DNA of 64,000 nt, taken from NCBI GenBank assembly GCA_030264375.1, contig JASCQW010000081.1, positions 29,552,504 to 29,616,503 on the forward strand, in the 5' to 3' direction. Below, piece after piece: positions 11,877 to 24,353 of the stretch. Each line of letters starts with the position of its first letter. Within the stretch, counting starts at the first letter, position 1. The notes under the pieces were generated by a model. That model did no database searches and had not been told where the DNA came from. It worked only from the letters and a program-made list of their open reading frames with translations. This DNA is from Carcharhinus longimanus. Lineage: Eukaryota. The translations under genes were made by a program, and so were the position numbers.

Positions 11877-12187
11877 NNNNNNNNNNNNNNNNNNNNNNNN
11901 NNNNNNNNNNNNNNNNNNNNNNNNNNNNNNNNNNNNNNNNNNNNNNNNNNNNNNNNNNNNNNNNNNNNNNNNNNNNNNNNNNNNNNNNNNNNNNNNNNNN
12001 NNNNNNNNNNNNNNNNNNNNNNNNNNNNNNNNNNNNNNNNNNNNNNNNNNNNNNNNNNNNNNNNNNNNNNNNNNNNNNNNNNNNNNNNNNNNNNNNNNNN
12101 NNNNNNNNNNNNNNNNNNNNNNNNNNNNNNNNNNNNNNNNNNNNNNNNNNNNNNNNNNNNNNNNNNNNNNNNNNNNNNNNNNNNNNN

Positions 12188-12345
12188 TGATAGGTTTTTG
12201 ATAGGCAAGGGGATTAAGGGTTATGGGGAGAGGGCGGGAATGTGGAATTGAGCCACGACAGATCTGCCATGATCTTATTGAATGGCGGGGCAGACTCGAA
12301 GGGCTAGATGGCCTACTCCTGCTCCTGTTTCTTATATTTCTTATA
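12188..12345 (+). mobile_element. Young HER1/CR1 3' end
   Basis: gatcttattgaatggcggggcag.ctcgaagggctagatggcctactcctgctcct tail, near-identical to copies at 19946 and 37428. Confidence 0.9.
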
Positions 12346-12725
12346 AAGGTCATCAAAACTTCTTTGTTATTGAATTTTAATTTTATGCTTCTATTTATAA
12401 AGCCTAGGAACCTGTTTACTTTTTTAACCACTTTCTCTACCTGCATTGTCACCTTCAACAATTTGTGCACATATCCCTCAGGTCTGCAGGTCCTGCACCC
12501 CATTTAGGATTGTAATAATTTTGAATTCTTTCTATTCCCTCTCTTTATTTTGCCTGCAAAAAATGTACCACTTCACACTTCCCTGGATTAAAGTTCAACT
12601 AACACGTATCTATTTCACCAGCTTATGTGTGCCCTCTTAAAGACTGCTACTACCCTGCACAGAGTTCACAGTTCTGACAAGTTTTCTTTCAATTACAAGT
12701 TTTGAAATTGTCCCCTGAGCATCAT
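12346..12725 (-). mobile_element. Degraded CR1 RT fragment
   Basis: Minus frame reads VHKLLKVTMQVEKVVKKVNRFLGFINRSI. Confidence 0.8.
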
Positions 12726-13044
12726 TCATAACAATAAAAAAAAGTGATCTTGAACTCCACACTCCAGTGACGATTAAGTTTGTCCTGGATTATCATTTCT
12801 AAAGGTTTTCCCAAGACCAAGGTTAAACTGGCAGCCTGTATTTGGTGGGTGCATTCCTGCACCTGTTTTGTCTGTCAATCTTTCATTTGAATGACCCAGA
12901 ACAGACCTATTCTCAACATACTGAAATTGTCCCTCCTCTGATTAAATATATCACCCTGGCGTTCTCCTTTTTTTTTTTTCAAACCGAATCAAAACCTTAT
13001 GATACTATGATCACTGTTTGCTTAATGATCTTCTACTGACGCTT

Positions 13045-14185
13045 GGGGCTGGGTTTCCATGGAGTTGGAAGGTCTTTGTAGCCAATTAAAAATGGCAGGC
13101 AGGACCCAATTTTGGATTCCCACCCACCGTTCTCCGTGCCACTACTTTTCTCTGGCACAGGATAAGGGTGCACGTGGTGAGCCAATTGACAAGCTCCATT
13201 GTGGCAATAGGCATCCTCAAACCCCCTGCAATTTATGTGGAATTAGGCCAACTTCTCCATGGCCTGTGTTTCATGGATCTCAGAAAAGTCATGAACCATT
13301 GTCTGGAATTGGGAACCTTTTGAAGTTACCTTTCAAAAGGACTTATCCATGAACCCGCCATGCCAACTCAATGACAATTCATGCACTCCCACCCAGATTG
13401 TCTTTTCTAGCTTCATGTCAACTCATACACCCCACCCACCCATGGTTCCTCACACCCAACTCCTGGCCCTTCCATTGCCCATTCATCCAGTATACAATAG
13501 GTACAAAATCAATTAACCCTGTAGTAATAATGGCATGTGTACAACTGCTCAGAGAATAAACAACATTCATAATTTTCAGAAAAATAACTGGTGTTCCTCT
13601 AACCCTAGAAGAGTATTAACCAAACAATGAAAGTATCAATAAAGAAGCTCACAGACCTTAACCTTGTGCAAATAAATTTTGAGACTTTGGTAAAAGAAAT
13701 CACAGAAAAAAGTAACATCTAACCTCATAGAGATGTCAATCAAGCAAAATCAACACTTCAGTGCTCCTGTGAATACAAACTCACTCACATAATCCTTTCA
13801 AAAGAATCTGTGTTCTCAGCTAAATATACATAGTGAGGCATTGAGTCAGCATGATAGCCATATGGAGACATGGGGGTGAGTGGGATGCATGAGATGGCCT
13901 GGAGTTGGGATGGGGGCATGGAGTGGGTGGGGATTGACACTGGATTGTGAAGGGTAAGAGCTAGAGAGTTTAAAATGTAACCAAACAACTGGGATGAAGT
14001 CCCCAAGAACCTGCCTCGGCACCTGGCTGCCTGTGTGACAACTCCAATCTGCTACCAAGGCAGCGGGACCCCTTTTACTCTTTCCTGCATCTGCCTCCCT
14101 GGAGTGAAAATAGGGCACTAAGGAGCACTTTATACTGAGCTGTGTCTGCTGATTTGGGAAGTTTTCCAACTTGAGTTAGCTGTCT
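13045..14185. mobile_element. Old non-autonomous DNA element, same family as 8233-9280
   Basis: Shared motifs ccatgccaactca, ctgggatgaagtccc, ggagtgaaaat and gggaagttttccaacttgag. Confidence 0.45.
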
Positions 14186-14384
14186 CACAAATGAAATACA
14201 CAATCAACTTCATTACACAGAACCAGATCTAGCAATGCCTCCTTCTTCATTGGGCCAGAAACATAATGGTCAAACAAATTCTCCTGAATGCACTTTAGAA
14301 ACTTTTCTCCCTCTCTGTTCTTTATAGTATTATCTCATTCTATGTCAGAATAAATCAAATTCCAAATTAAAATCCTTCAGCTGA

Positions 14385-14970
14385 AATACTGTGCACAGCT
14401 TTGGTCCCCTATTCTAAGCAAGGATGGTAAATGTAAAGTCACCATAGTCCCAGATGACCTCAGGATCTCTGCACCTCAAAGGACAAAGTTGAGAAGGTGA
14501 ACTTTCATGAATAACCTCAGCCAGTACAGAGATTGAACCCATGCCACTGGCATCACTAACCTGATGTCCAGCCAGCTGAGCTAAACCAAAGATGTATTGG
14601 CATTGGAGGCAGTTCAGAGAAGGTTCACCAGGTTGATCTCAGGTATGAAGGGACTTTCAGATGAGAAGTGGCTAAGTAAGTTGGGCCTGTACTAATTGTT
14701 TAGAGGAATGAAAGGCGACCTTATTGAGACATATCAGATTCTCAGAGGGTTGACAGAATAGATACTGAGAGATTGTTTCCCCTGTGGGAAAGTCTAGAAT
14801 CAGAAGGCATAATCTCAGAGTAAGGGATTTCTGAAGCTGGATTGTTAAACATTTTCAAGCCTGAGATAGACAGATATTTAATCAGTAAGAGAACCAAGGA
14901 CTGTATCATTGGCAGAGCGACTCAATGGACTGAATGGCCTACTTCTGCTTTTATTTCTCCCGGTCTTATC
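14385..14970 (+). mobile_element. CR1/HER1 3' fragment with a nested SINE
   Basis: aatactgtgcacag.tttggtcccct...ttggaggcagttcagagaaggttcacc...tgaatggcctacttctgct tail. Confidence 0.85.
14427..14587 (-). mobile_element. tRNA-derived SINE (non-HE1) inserted into CR1
   Basis: Minus strand starts ggtttagctcagctgg (A-box) and has gggttcaatc (B-box). Tail is gactttacatttac. Flanked by an imperfect duplication caaggatg/caaagatg. Confidence 0.7.
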
Positions 14971-16139
14971 CCTACTTAATAGTATTTGCACCTCTTTGTA
15001 ATTTCCCTGCAAATTTTCTCCTCTTTCTGTGTAGAAATTTCTCCTGCCTTGCATTTTAAATCCCTTATGTTTAATCTTTTATCTATGACTCCTCATTCAA
15101 GATCCCTCAACCACTAGAAACACTCTGCCTCCTGTTATTCTGTCCTATCCATTTATTGTTTCAATCACACCTATTATACTGGTCTGTTGTTTGTGTACTA
15201 ATGTGAAAAGATCCAATTTTTAAAATCTTCCTTTGCATTCGCATGTCTTTAAACTAGACAGTTTTCCTGTGCATATTTGCTGGATCCCTGAAATGGCTGT
15301 CTATCCCTCCTATACCTATATGTAGGACTGTAATGTGGAGTCCTGTATTTCAGATACAAACTATTCCAACCTCCTTACAGGAGGTGGGATGCACTTTACT
15401 TTCCATTGTCTGACTAGGTGCACTTCCTGTGGTCAGCCATTGAGTGTTGTCTTATGTCTCATCTTGCACTACATATCCTTGTTGACCAGCCTTTTTTCTC
15501 CCCAGCTACTTAATTGCTATGTAAGACTGGTAATCAATACTAAACATGTCCAGTTGTTTTAGGTTGGCCAATTTGTTTAAATATATATGCACACAAGCGT
15601 GAGGCAATGTAACTGAAATGCCTTAGTCAAGTTACGATGACATGCACTGTGTGCAATATTTTTTGCACATCAGGGAGATCACATTGAAGTTCAGAACGGA
15701 GAGGAAACAACTGTTTTACAGTGGTACCATTTAAATTTCATCTAATTATTCACCTATAATCTTTATTCTTTGTATGGTTTGATCAAACTTCTTTGTGACT
15801 TCACGGCTTGTGTGCAGATGAACTCTATTCTGCAGGTTCTCTATGCGTATATTATACATTTACTTTGGTGTGATCATCTTTGGTAGTTCAGTTATTTTTT
15901 TTCCTTTCATGTTCTTAGCTTTTGTGTACACATCCAACTATTTTTAATAAATTGTAGTTAATAACAATTTGATTGTCTGGGTGTATTGATTTGACCAGTA
16001 TTTGTTCTGCATTTCCCTCTCTTACCAATGTCAGCTTAGTGATATTAAAAAAAAACTATTCATGTCTTAGTATCTAAAAACATAATCACATTGAAGGTAA
16101 CTTTGCATATGAGAACAGGAATCGATTCCGATTTTCTTG

Positions 16140-16400
16140 TCGGGTCCGATAGCTCAATGTTGGCTGTTAATGATCATAGAATGTCAGTGACAATCTCAGT
16201 CTGTGACTTTTCATCAGCCTTGCTTGCCACCACTTACTGCCCACTGTACAGACGGAGCCAGCTGCAGTCAAGAGGCAGTAATTTAGGTGTTTAAGCTGAG
16301 CTGACAGCCTTTATGTCATGGTGGGTGACAGTGCATATTTGACACGGTACAGCTGTATATTGTGCAAGGTGAAGAATGTGATGCCATTTATCTTATTTTC
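16140..16400. promoter_or_regulatory. Candidate conserved non-coding element (intronic enhancer)
   Basis: Unique, non-repeat sequence with TGACAG at 16302 and 16326, further TGACA/TGTCA cores, CAGCTG E-boxes and TAATTTA. Conservation not tested. Confidence 0.4.
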
Positions 16401-18809
16401 ATACATTTCTTAGGCACGGTTGCTCTATTCATGTGTGTGGGGGTAGGGTTCTTTCTTTGCTTGGTGAAAAAGGAAGGATTGAAGCATCCCTGTCGGCCAA
16501 TTGCTTATGACTTTTTCATTTTATATTCATAGTGTAGGAAAAGAAAATAACAAGAGGCACCATGTACAGATTAGTTATGCTTTGGAACAAGTCGCTGCAT
16601 AATTAGTATGTGTTTAAATATGTTTCAGTCACAGTTTTTAACTATAAGATGCCTTTTCTAAATACCAAGTAATATTGGACAGTGATTTTAAATCCCTTCT
16701 CATCTGACTATTAAATATATATACTTACTGAATGCCTGCAAGTCAGTGTTAACCTGCGTTTAAATTTTCAGTGTAGTATAATTTTTCTTTTTCTGTGCCA
16801 TTACCAATATTTTATGCCTTATCCATGCAGACCGCAAATGCTGAATAAGCAGAGAATTCACAGCATGTGAAGTTGAGCCTCTTGCGTGGGTCAAAGGCTG
16901 TCGGTTGCTGTAGTTTGTCATGTGCTACAGATCTATGTATTTGGTTAACATCTGTGACATACAAACTTATATAGAATTGCTTTTCTTATCCATTCAAATT
17001 AATTGTTAAAATTCTGGATTTTTCTTACATGGATGTGCTCCTTTTTCTTCATTAGATCAACCTTTTTCTACCCTTTCTAATGTTTTGGGAATAGGTAAAT
17101 ATTCTTTGATCAGACTTTTCTTTACTTGGTATACTGGAAGTGGAATGTAAACCACAAATTCTTGATTACAACCTACAGGATTTATTCTCCCACTCTATAC
17201 GTTTCCACAGTGGATCTGTTCAAAGCTATGGATTGTTCTATGCCCATCTTTATGAGAAGATATTTGCTCTGTGAGTAGGTTTACAATTAGAATAATATTT
17301 TAAATGTATTCCTGTCATTTTTATATACACTAAAAATTAATAATGCAGATACACTCTGTCATTATGAGAAAATATACGCCTATAATCTGTTGTAAAACAT
17401 AAGGACCAAGATTTTCTGCACCCATTGCATTGGATGGGTTCAGCGACAGGAGTGGAAAATATTGTCAGAAGGCCAAAGACACCTTTCATATGTCGACATA
17501 AAACCAGGAAGCGATTGTCCCCTTCCACTATCAATGACAGACTGCATTTGCCACCGTTTAACGTCGGGAATCTCATTGTAATAAATAAAAACATCATTAT
17601 CAGGCCCAAACGCTGGAATCATACCCCTACGTCAGTGAGTGTTTCCACAGCGGTGTGATGTCAAAATGACATGAAGCAAAAAAAAACTGGTCTCTGAAGG
17701 CAAGCACCTGGTGATTGGAGGTGGGCACAATGCTCATATGGGAAAGGGACATGCCAGCAGGTGCCAGGGTAATGCCAGTTTGATGCCAGCGATTGTCAGA
17801 AGCTGCACCTGGATGAAGCTTGTTTGCTAGCAACGCACTGGGGTGCCCGTTAGAAATGGTGCCCATATCATCAAGTCATTCGCGGGGCAGGTGAACCAGA
17901 AGCTGTCTGCCAGCAATAAGTTGTATAACCTCTGTCTGCATTTTTTCCCTAAGTTGCAGACTATATGGCAGAGAAAACTGCCATTACCCTTGATAGACTG
18001 AACACCACTTTACTCATCCAATATCAGCCTTTGCTAATATTGGAGAAAATCCTGCCCAAGGTCTCTATGCCATACATATCCCATCAAATCATTTTATTTT
18101 CTGGCTTTAGTGCCTTTTTGTATTCAGCCAATATGGAGCACAGGTTTATAAAGACAGGGAAAGTTGTTTCATCCTGCTTTGTGAACTCATATATTCACTA
18201 CAGCAATTCTGACAGCTTGGGAAGGGAGAGGAAACATTGGCCCAAAGACACAACATGATGAACTCTCTGTTTATATTATAAATTTTCATTATTAGCACAT
18301 TGTTCAGGCCATGCTTGTGTCTATAATCATTACAAACCATTATCATGGCTGATCACTTGCTCCTTTACTTTTCTGGTCCTCAGATTTTAACATTGTAAAC
18401 GACTACTGTATACCATAAATGTTGTCAACATTTTTATCATGAGGGAAAAATGTAACATGTTGAGAGAAGGTAAAAGTGTGAGTCTTTTTTTCTGTTGACT
18501 ATCTTATGCTTCTGTCTATATAATTACACTCATAATTCATTAGCAATAATTCAGCTGTTTCATATTTTCCAGCTGAAACATATTGTGATCGTCATGCCTT
18601 CGAGTTTCAGAAATTTCAATTGGTATGGTAATTGGAGGTTAATTGTGGATTGCTAAAACATTTTGAATAACTTTTACTTGTCTATTGCTTTCTAATATTG
18701 TTGTTTTTGCTCCAAATGTTAACCAAATGTAAATGTGAAATCTTGTGTCGAGACAATGGCAGTGCATTGAAATTATTATTAAGTAGAATTCTTAAAGCTT
18801 ATTCTGTTT

Positions 18810-18895
18810 CTTTATTTATTAGTGTCACAAGTAGGCTTTTACTAACACTGCAATGAAGTTACTGTGAAAATCTCCCAGTCGCCACACTCTGGCGG
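18810..18895 (-). mobile_element. Isolated 3' tail of the HE1 gtaagcc-tail subfamily or its partner LINE
   Basis: tttatttattagtgtcacaagtaggctt...gtcgccacactctgg. Confidence 0.8.
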
Positions 18896-19764
18896 ATACG
18901 TGGGTTAAGCAGGCATTTAAACCACTACATTTGCAAACAGAAGAGCAGACCATGGATCTTCTGAGACTTTTCTTTATTCATTGATATAATTCATTTAGAA
19001 TGTTTAGGAGCAGATTCTTGACTATGTCTGTTGCAAGCAATATTCATCAGATCCAAATACTTTAGAACAAGGACGTTGAGCTTCTGAAAAATAATGCCAA
19101 TATAGGGCTAGGGCTTTTGGTGGAAAATGTGTGCCCAAGTAGTCGTGTGTTTTATCCATAGCCACTCTAAGCATTAAAGGAAGCTTATCTATGCAGTCCT
19201 GAATGAGCAAAATAGGTCACTACTGACCATGCATGGCCATATTACTCACAAAGGAAATGTAAACAGCAATTTGTAGGTCAGATTAAGATCACAGAGAAAA
19301 AAAGTCTTTGTGCTATTGGTGGAAATTTTCTGCCTGTTCTCAAAACACATGCAAAGCCAACAGAGCATCTGAAGTTTGACTAGAATTCAGTCAGCAAATT
19401 ATGAATTCCACACAGGTGCTTTGCTGCAGGGATGTGGTTTGGAAGGCTGGTCGGCAGGTCAAAGGAGCCAATTTCAGGAGGAGCAGGAGGAATGCAAGAA
19501 TGGGCTTGAAGCTTTCTGTGCTTGCTGTGCTTAGCAATATCACCCAGAAACATAACCTTTTGCTGAGTGACCTATAGTGGCCCATTTAAGTTAAGCTGCT
19601 CACACCTAGAATGACTGATCTCACCATGCACACTACATGCTTTCTCCATATAAAGGAGAAAATTGCAAATTGGGAGCTACTAATGAAAAAAGGGCATCTG
19701 AGATGACCATGAGAATTGTTCTTGCTGGTTTTCCATTTTTTCCAGCAAGAAATGGGCAACTGTC

Positions 19765-20025
19765 GATTAAACTGCAGCAGGCGACGGTGCAGAGGGACCT
19801 CGGGGTCCTTGTGCATGAGTCGCAAAAACCCAGCCTGCAGGTGCANNNNNNNNNNNNNNNNNNNNNNNNNNNNNNNNNNNNNNNNNNNNNNNNNNNNNNN
19901 NNNNNNNNNNNNNNNNNNNNNNNNNNNNNNNNNNNNNNNNNNNNNGATCTTATTGAATGGCGGGGCAGGCTCAAGGGGCTGGATGGCCTACTCCTGCTCC
20001 TATTTCTTATGTTCTTATGTTCTTA
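19765..20025 (+). mobile_element. Young HER1/CR1 copy spanning a gap
   Basis: VQRDLGVLVHESQK before the gap and a (ttcttatg)n tail after it. CpGs are retained. Confidence 0.9.
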
Positions 20026-20047
20026 ATTGAAGGATGCATGTTCACTT

Positions 20048-20420
20048 TAAGAACATTAGAAGTAGGAGTAGATTGTATAGCCCCTGCTCCACCATTTAAT
20101 ACAATCATGGCTCATCTTTTGCCTAAACTCCATCTTTCTAGTTTACTTCCCATATCCCTGAGCGATCAAAGAATTGTCCACCTGGACCATAAATCTATTC
20201 AACAATATAGCACCCATAACCCTCTGGGGTTGTGAACAAATTTCTCCTCATCTCAATCCTAAATCATCTGACCCTTTTCCCTAGGCAGTGTTCTCATGTT
20301 CGAGATTCCCAGTATCAAGGAAACAACCTCTCAACACCTACCCTACAAAGTCACATCACTATCTTATATGTTTCAATGATTATTCTAATAATTTTCATTA
20401 TTCTAAATCACAGAGAGCAT
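20048..20420 (-). mobile_element. Degraded CR1 3' end
   Basis: agaagtaggagtag..cccctgctccaccattt.ataca.tcatggct..aaatttctcctcatctc. Confidence 0.75.
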
Positions 20421-20544
20421 TGGACTGAATGGACTCGAGGATCAGCAGTTTTATGTCACTATATGCAATATTTACATTAGCTACTTCTGAATACTAGTTG
20501 GCTGTTTGCTAAACTACATAGCAAATAATAAAAAGACAAAGAAA

Positions 20545-20982
20545 GACTTGTATTCACATAACAGCTTTAGTGACTCCAGGATGTCAAAGTACCTTTGCAA
20601 TATTAGAATGTAGGAAATTTGTGCACAGGAAGCCCCCATTAATATGAGCTCATGACAGAATTTTGAGCATATAATCAAGTCCGATACTTCAAAACTGTGA
20701 TTGAGTGTGCACTGCATTATTGGAGGTGCCATTTTCATTAAACTGGTGCCCAGTTTGTGCTCTTATGAAGGATGCAGAAATCCCAATGCACTATCCAGAG
20801 CAGAGAACTTCTCCCAGTGTACTGGTCAAAATATCTCCCTCAACCAACATCATGAAACACATTATCTAGTCACTATTTCATTGATTTTGCAGGACTTTGC
20901 TGCATGTCCTAAATTACAACAATGACTATACTTCAAAAGTGCCTGTAAAGCACTTTGGATGTCCAGAGATTGTGAAAAGCTT
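20545..20982. mobile_element. Deu-domain SINE fragments (minus 20545-20660, plus 20680-20982)
   Basis: Tail gtaaagcactttggatgtcc.gag.ttgtgaaaagc, plus tgcactgcattattggaggtgcc and ccagtgtactggtcaa.at.tctccctcaacc segments. Confidence 0.6.
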
Positions 20983-21949
20983 GTTCAGCTAGCACCACTA
21001 AAACAAATCATGAAAAGTGAAAATAAAACAACCAGCAAGTCAATCTTGCATAATTCATTTTTACCATTGAGTGTCTGTCATCACTCAGTTTATTTTCATT
21101 AAACTGTAGTCTTCTTGTTTATCCTCTATATACTTCCCATGTATTGTCAGTTTCCCCCATTAACTGCTTTTAAGTACATTCTGATCAAACGTACAACATG
21201 TTGTTCTCTTTTCTTACCACTTGAGGCTAAATAATACATAAAGCATTATGAACAGACATATTTGTGGGGAGGCTTTCCACACCTTTAATTGTGGTCATTA
21301 TTTAAGAATTATCACAAATTATTGAGCAGTTTGAGACTGCTAGGCTCTTAATGACATATGCAAATTGTATTATAGCTCATCTAAAGTATTGTTTTGTCGC
21401 CTAATTTAGTTCAGGGATTTTGAGTAGTATATTCGTATAAGGTATGTCTATTTGTCTTTTGACATGGTTCAGCTCCCTGCATCTGAAGCTAGATGGATAA
21501 AAATAATTACAAGCTCTATGACTAGTGGAAGTATTCCCTTTTAAATGAGCAATGTAACCAGAATGTCTTTTGCTCTGTGCAAAGCAAATAAATTATTTCA
21601 GATTACTTGCAGCATAATTTTGGTTTTCATTTTCTGGGAACGTTGGTGGGATTTCTAATGAAATTTCTGCTTCCATCCAATTCTGATTTCCACGCAGCAG
21701 TAATCAAAAAAAACTTATTTTTTAAAATATCTAATGAATGCTTAGAAATTGACATAATCAATGCCAGTCTCATCCACTCAATAGAAGAACTGAACATATC
21801 ACCACACATCAGCAATCTGGTGTGTGTGGCATTGAATGCTACTCTCTTTACAGCTATGTACCATTTTTGCCCAGACAGTCTGAAGACCATGCCAAATTTT
21901 GACGCCTTATTCAAAAAAAACTCTTGAAAAATGTATTTGAACCTCTGCC

Positions 21950-22122
21950 TGAGCTAAGTATATTTAAAACAGAGATAGATAGGTTCTTGTTTGGCAAGGG
22001 GATCAAAGGTTACAGGGAAAAGGCAGGAGAATGGGGTTGAGAAACTTATCAGCTATGATTGAATGGCGGAGCAGACTCAATGGGCTGAATGGCCTAATTC
22101 TGCTCCTGTATCTTATGGTCTA
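21950..22122 (+). mobile_element. HER1 3' end
   Basis: acagagatagataggttcttg...tgaatggcggagcagactc..ggctgaatggcctaattctgctcct..tcttatggtc. Confidence 0.9.
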
Positions 22123-22199
22123 AGTCTCATTTCATTTTTTAAAATTAATGCTGAATAACATAGGAAGTAGAATAATTACTTTTTACTTAAACTAGTTTC

Positions 22200-22350
22200 A
22201 TTTGATAATGAATTACCCTCAAAGTATCGGCTTTAGTTTTGTGTAAACATAAAAGGTTTAATTGATACATTTGTAGGGCTTAATGATTTTTAATCCGATC
22301 TAATTAGCGCATGTCACGGTATAGACTTTTTATAAGGCCTTTATAAAATT
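22200..22350. promoter_or_regulatory. Candidate conserved non-coding element
   Basis: TGTAAACA (22242), TAATCC (22291), TAATTA (22301), and several CpGs retained in AT-rich context. Confidence 0.4.
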
Positions 22351-23082
22351 TTATTTACTGGTCTTTTCCAGTCATTTTACATATTGAAATTTAAAAAATT
22401 GTAGATGGCTCTTTCAGCAAGTGATCTGAATATATGGTGAGCAATTTTCATATGTCTACCTTTTGCTGTAAAATGGGGTATTAGGTAAGTTACATTTTTA
22501 AAAAGCCCTACTCGTTAGTCACCTGAGACTCAACTGACTACATTGTTAGCTGTTGTCAGAGTGGGCGGCCAATGCTCCCTGTCTGAAGTGGGCAAGTACC
22601 TTATTTCAGTCATTCAATAGTGCTCATTGTCATTGTGGGACTTCAATGCCACTTTTGTGGACTATTATTTGGGCTGCAGGCTGCACATGCAATTTTATCG
22701 ATCTCAAAAATGTTTTAGTTCATCAGAAATGCAGAAGTGCTCCTCCCTGATGTCACAACACTGCTTTAGCCTGCTGCTCATCACTGTGCCCCACCTCATC
22801 CCCTCCTCTCTCCCCAAGGAATTACTTACTACCTTACTGTCAGCAGGACAGGAATGTCTGCCAGTTCGGTATAGTGAGTGACTTTCTATCCTCCCACTTG
22901 CACACTACCTTGGATGCACTTCTGGAATTATAGCTCCTTGGTATTAAGCTAATGATGACCCAGCCACCAAGATAGTTTTGGCTTCGCAATTTGATGGGTA
23001 AAGCAATCACAATGCCTGTTGTCCACCTACTTGCTTAATCAAATAATAATTATCTATGTGGTGCTCTCGTAAGTTTCAAGCA

Positions 23083-24353
23083 TGTAAGATCAAAGCACAT
23101 GGGATTGGGTTTAGTGTATTGATATGGATAGAAAACTGGTTGACAGACAGGAAACAAAGAGTCAGAATAAGGTGATCATTTTCAGAATGGCAGGCCGTGA
23201 CTATTCGGGTACCACAGGGATTGGTGCTGGGACTCCAGCAACACAATATATATGAATGACTTAGATGAGGGAACTAAATGCAATTTCTCAAATTTGCAGA
23301 TGGCACAAAACTGGGTGGGAGTATGAGCTGTGAGGAGAATGCAGAGATGTTTTAGTATGATTTGGACAGGCTGAGTGAATGAGCAAATGCATGGCAGATG
23401 CAGTCTAATGTGGATAAATGTGAAGCTATCCACTTTGGTAGCAAAAGCAGGAAGACAGATTATTATCTGAATGACTATAAATTAAGAGAGGGGAATGTGT
23501 TGGGTATCCCTGTACACCAGTCGCTAAAATTAAGCATGCAGGTGCAACAGGTGGTAAAGAAGACAAATGGTATGTTGGCCTTCATAGTGAGAGGATTTGA
23601 GTACAGAGGCAGGGATGTCTTGCTGCAATTATATAGGACCTTGGTGAGGCCATACTGGAACGTTGTGTGCAGTTTTGGTCTTCTTATTTGAGGAAGGATG
23701 CTCTTGCTATAGAGGGAATGCGGAGAAGGTTTACCAGACTGATTCCTGGGATGGTGGAATTGATGTATGAGGAGAGTTTGAGTCAATTAAGATTATATTC
23801 ACAGGAGTTTTGAGAATGGTGGGGGGGGGGGGGTTCTCATAGAAACCTATAAAATTCTAACAGAACTAGGTAGGGTAGNNNNNNNNNNNNNNNNNNNNNN
23901 NNNNNNNNNNNNNNNNNNNNNNNNNNNNNNNNNNNNNNNNNNNNNNNNNNNNNNNNNNNNNNNNNNNNNNNNNNNNNNCTGGGGGGGGGGGAGGGGGTTC
24001 TCATAGAAACCTATAAAATTCTAACAGAACTAGGTAGGGTAGATGCAGAAAGGATGTTCCAGATGGCAGAGGAGTCCAGAACCAGGAGTTATAGTTCAAG
24101 GACACGAGGTAAACCCTTTTAAGACTGAGATGAGGAGAAATTTCTTCATCCAGAGAGTTGCAAGCCTGTGGAATTCACTGCCACAGAAAGCATTTGAGGC
24201 CAAAGTGTTGTATGTTTTCAAGTAGGAATTAGGCACAGCAAAGGGGACCCAATGATATGGGGGGACAGCCGGATCAGCCATGATCATGATGAATGGCAGA
24301 GCAGGCTCGAAGAGCCAAATGGCCTACTCCTGTTCCTATTTTCTATGTTTCTA
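23083..24353 (+). mobile_element. CR1/HER1 LINE, 5'-truncated, with internal gap
   Basis: WIENWL..RKQRV, GVPQG, and ORF 23398-23691 (NVDKCEAIHFG..VKKTNGMLAFI..YRTLVRP). Ends in a ttctatgtttcta tail. Confidence 0.95.

Noticed and set aside
11691-12503. Long ORFs of 140-229 aa
   Set aside because: Their length comes from a 311-N gap joining unrelated Rex1-like and CR1 fragments.
23821-24042. Duplicated 55-bp segment (poly-G ttctcatagaaacc...gtagggtag) flanking a gap
   Set aside because: Unmerged contig overlap at a G homopolymer, not a real tandem repeat.
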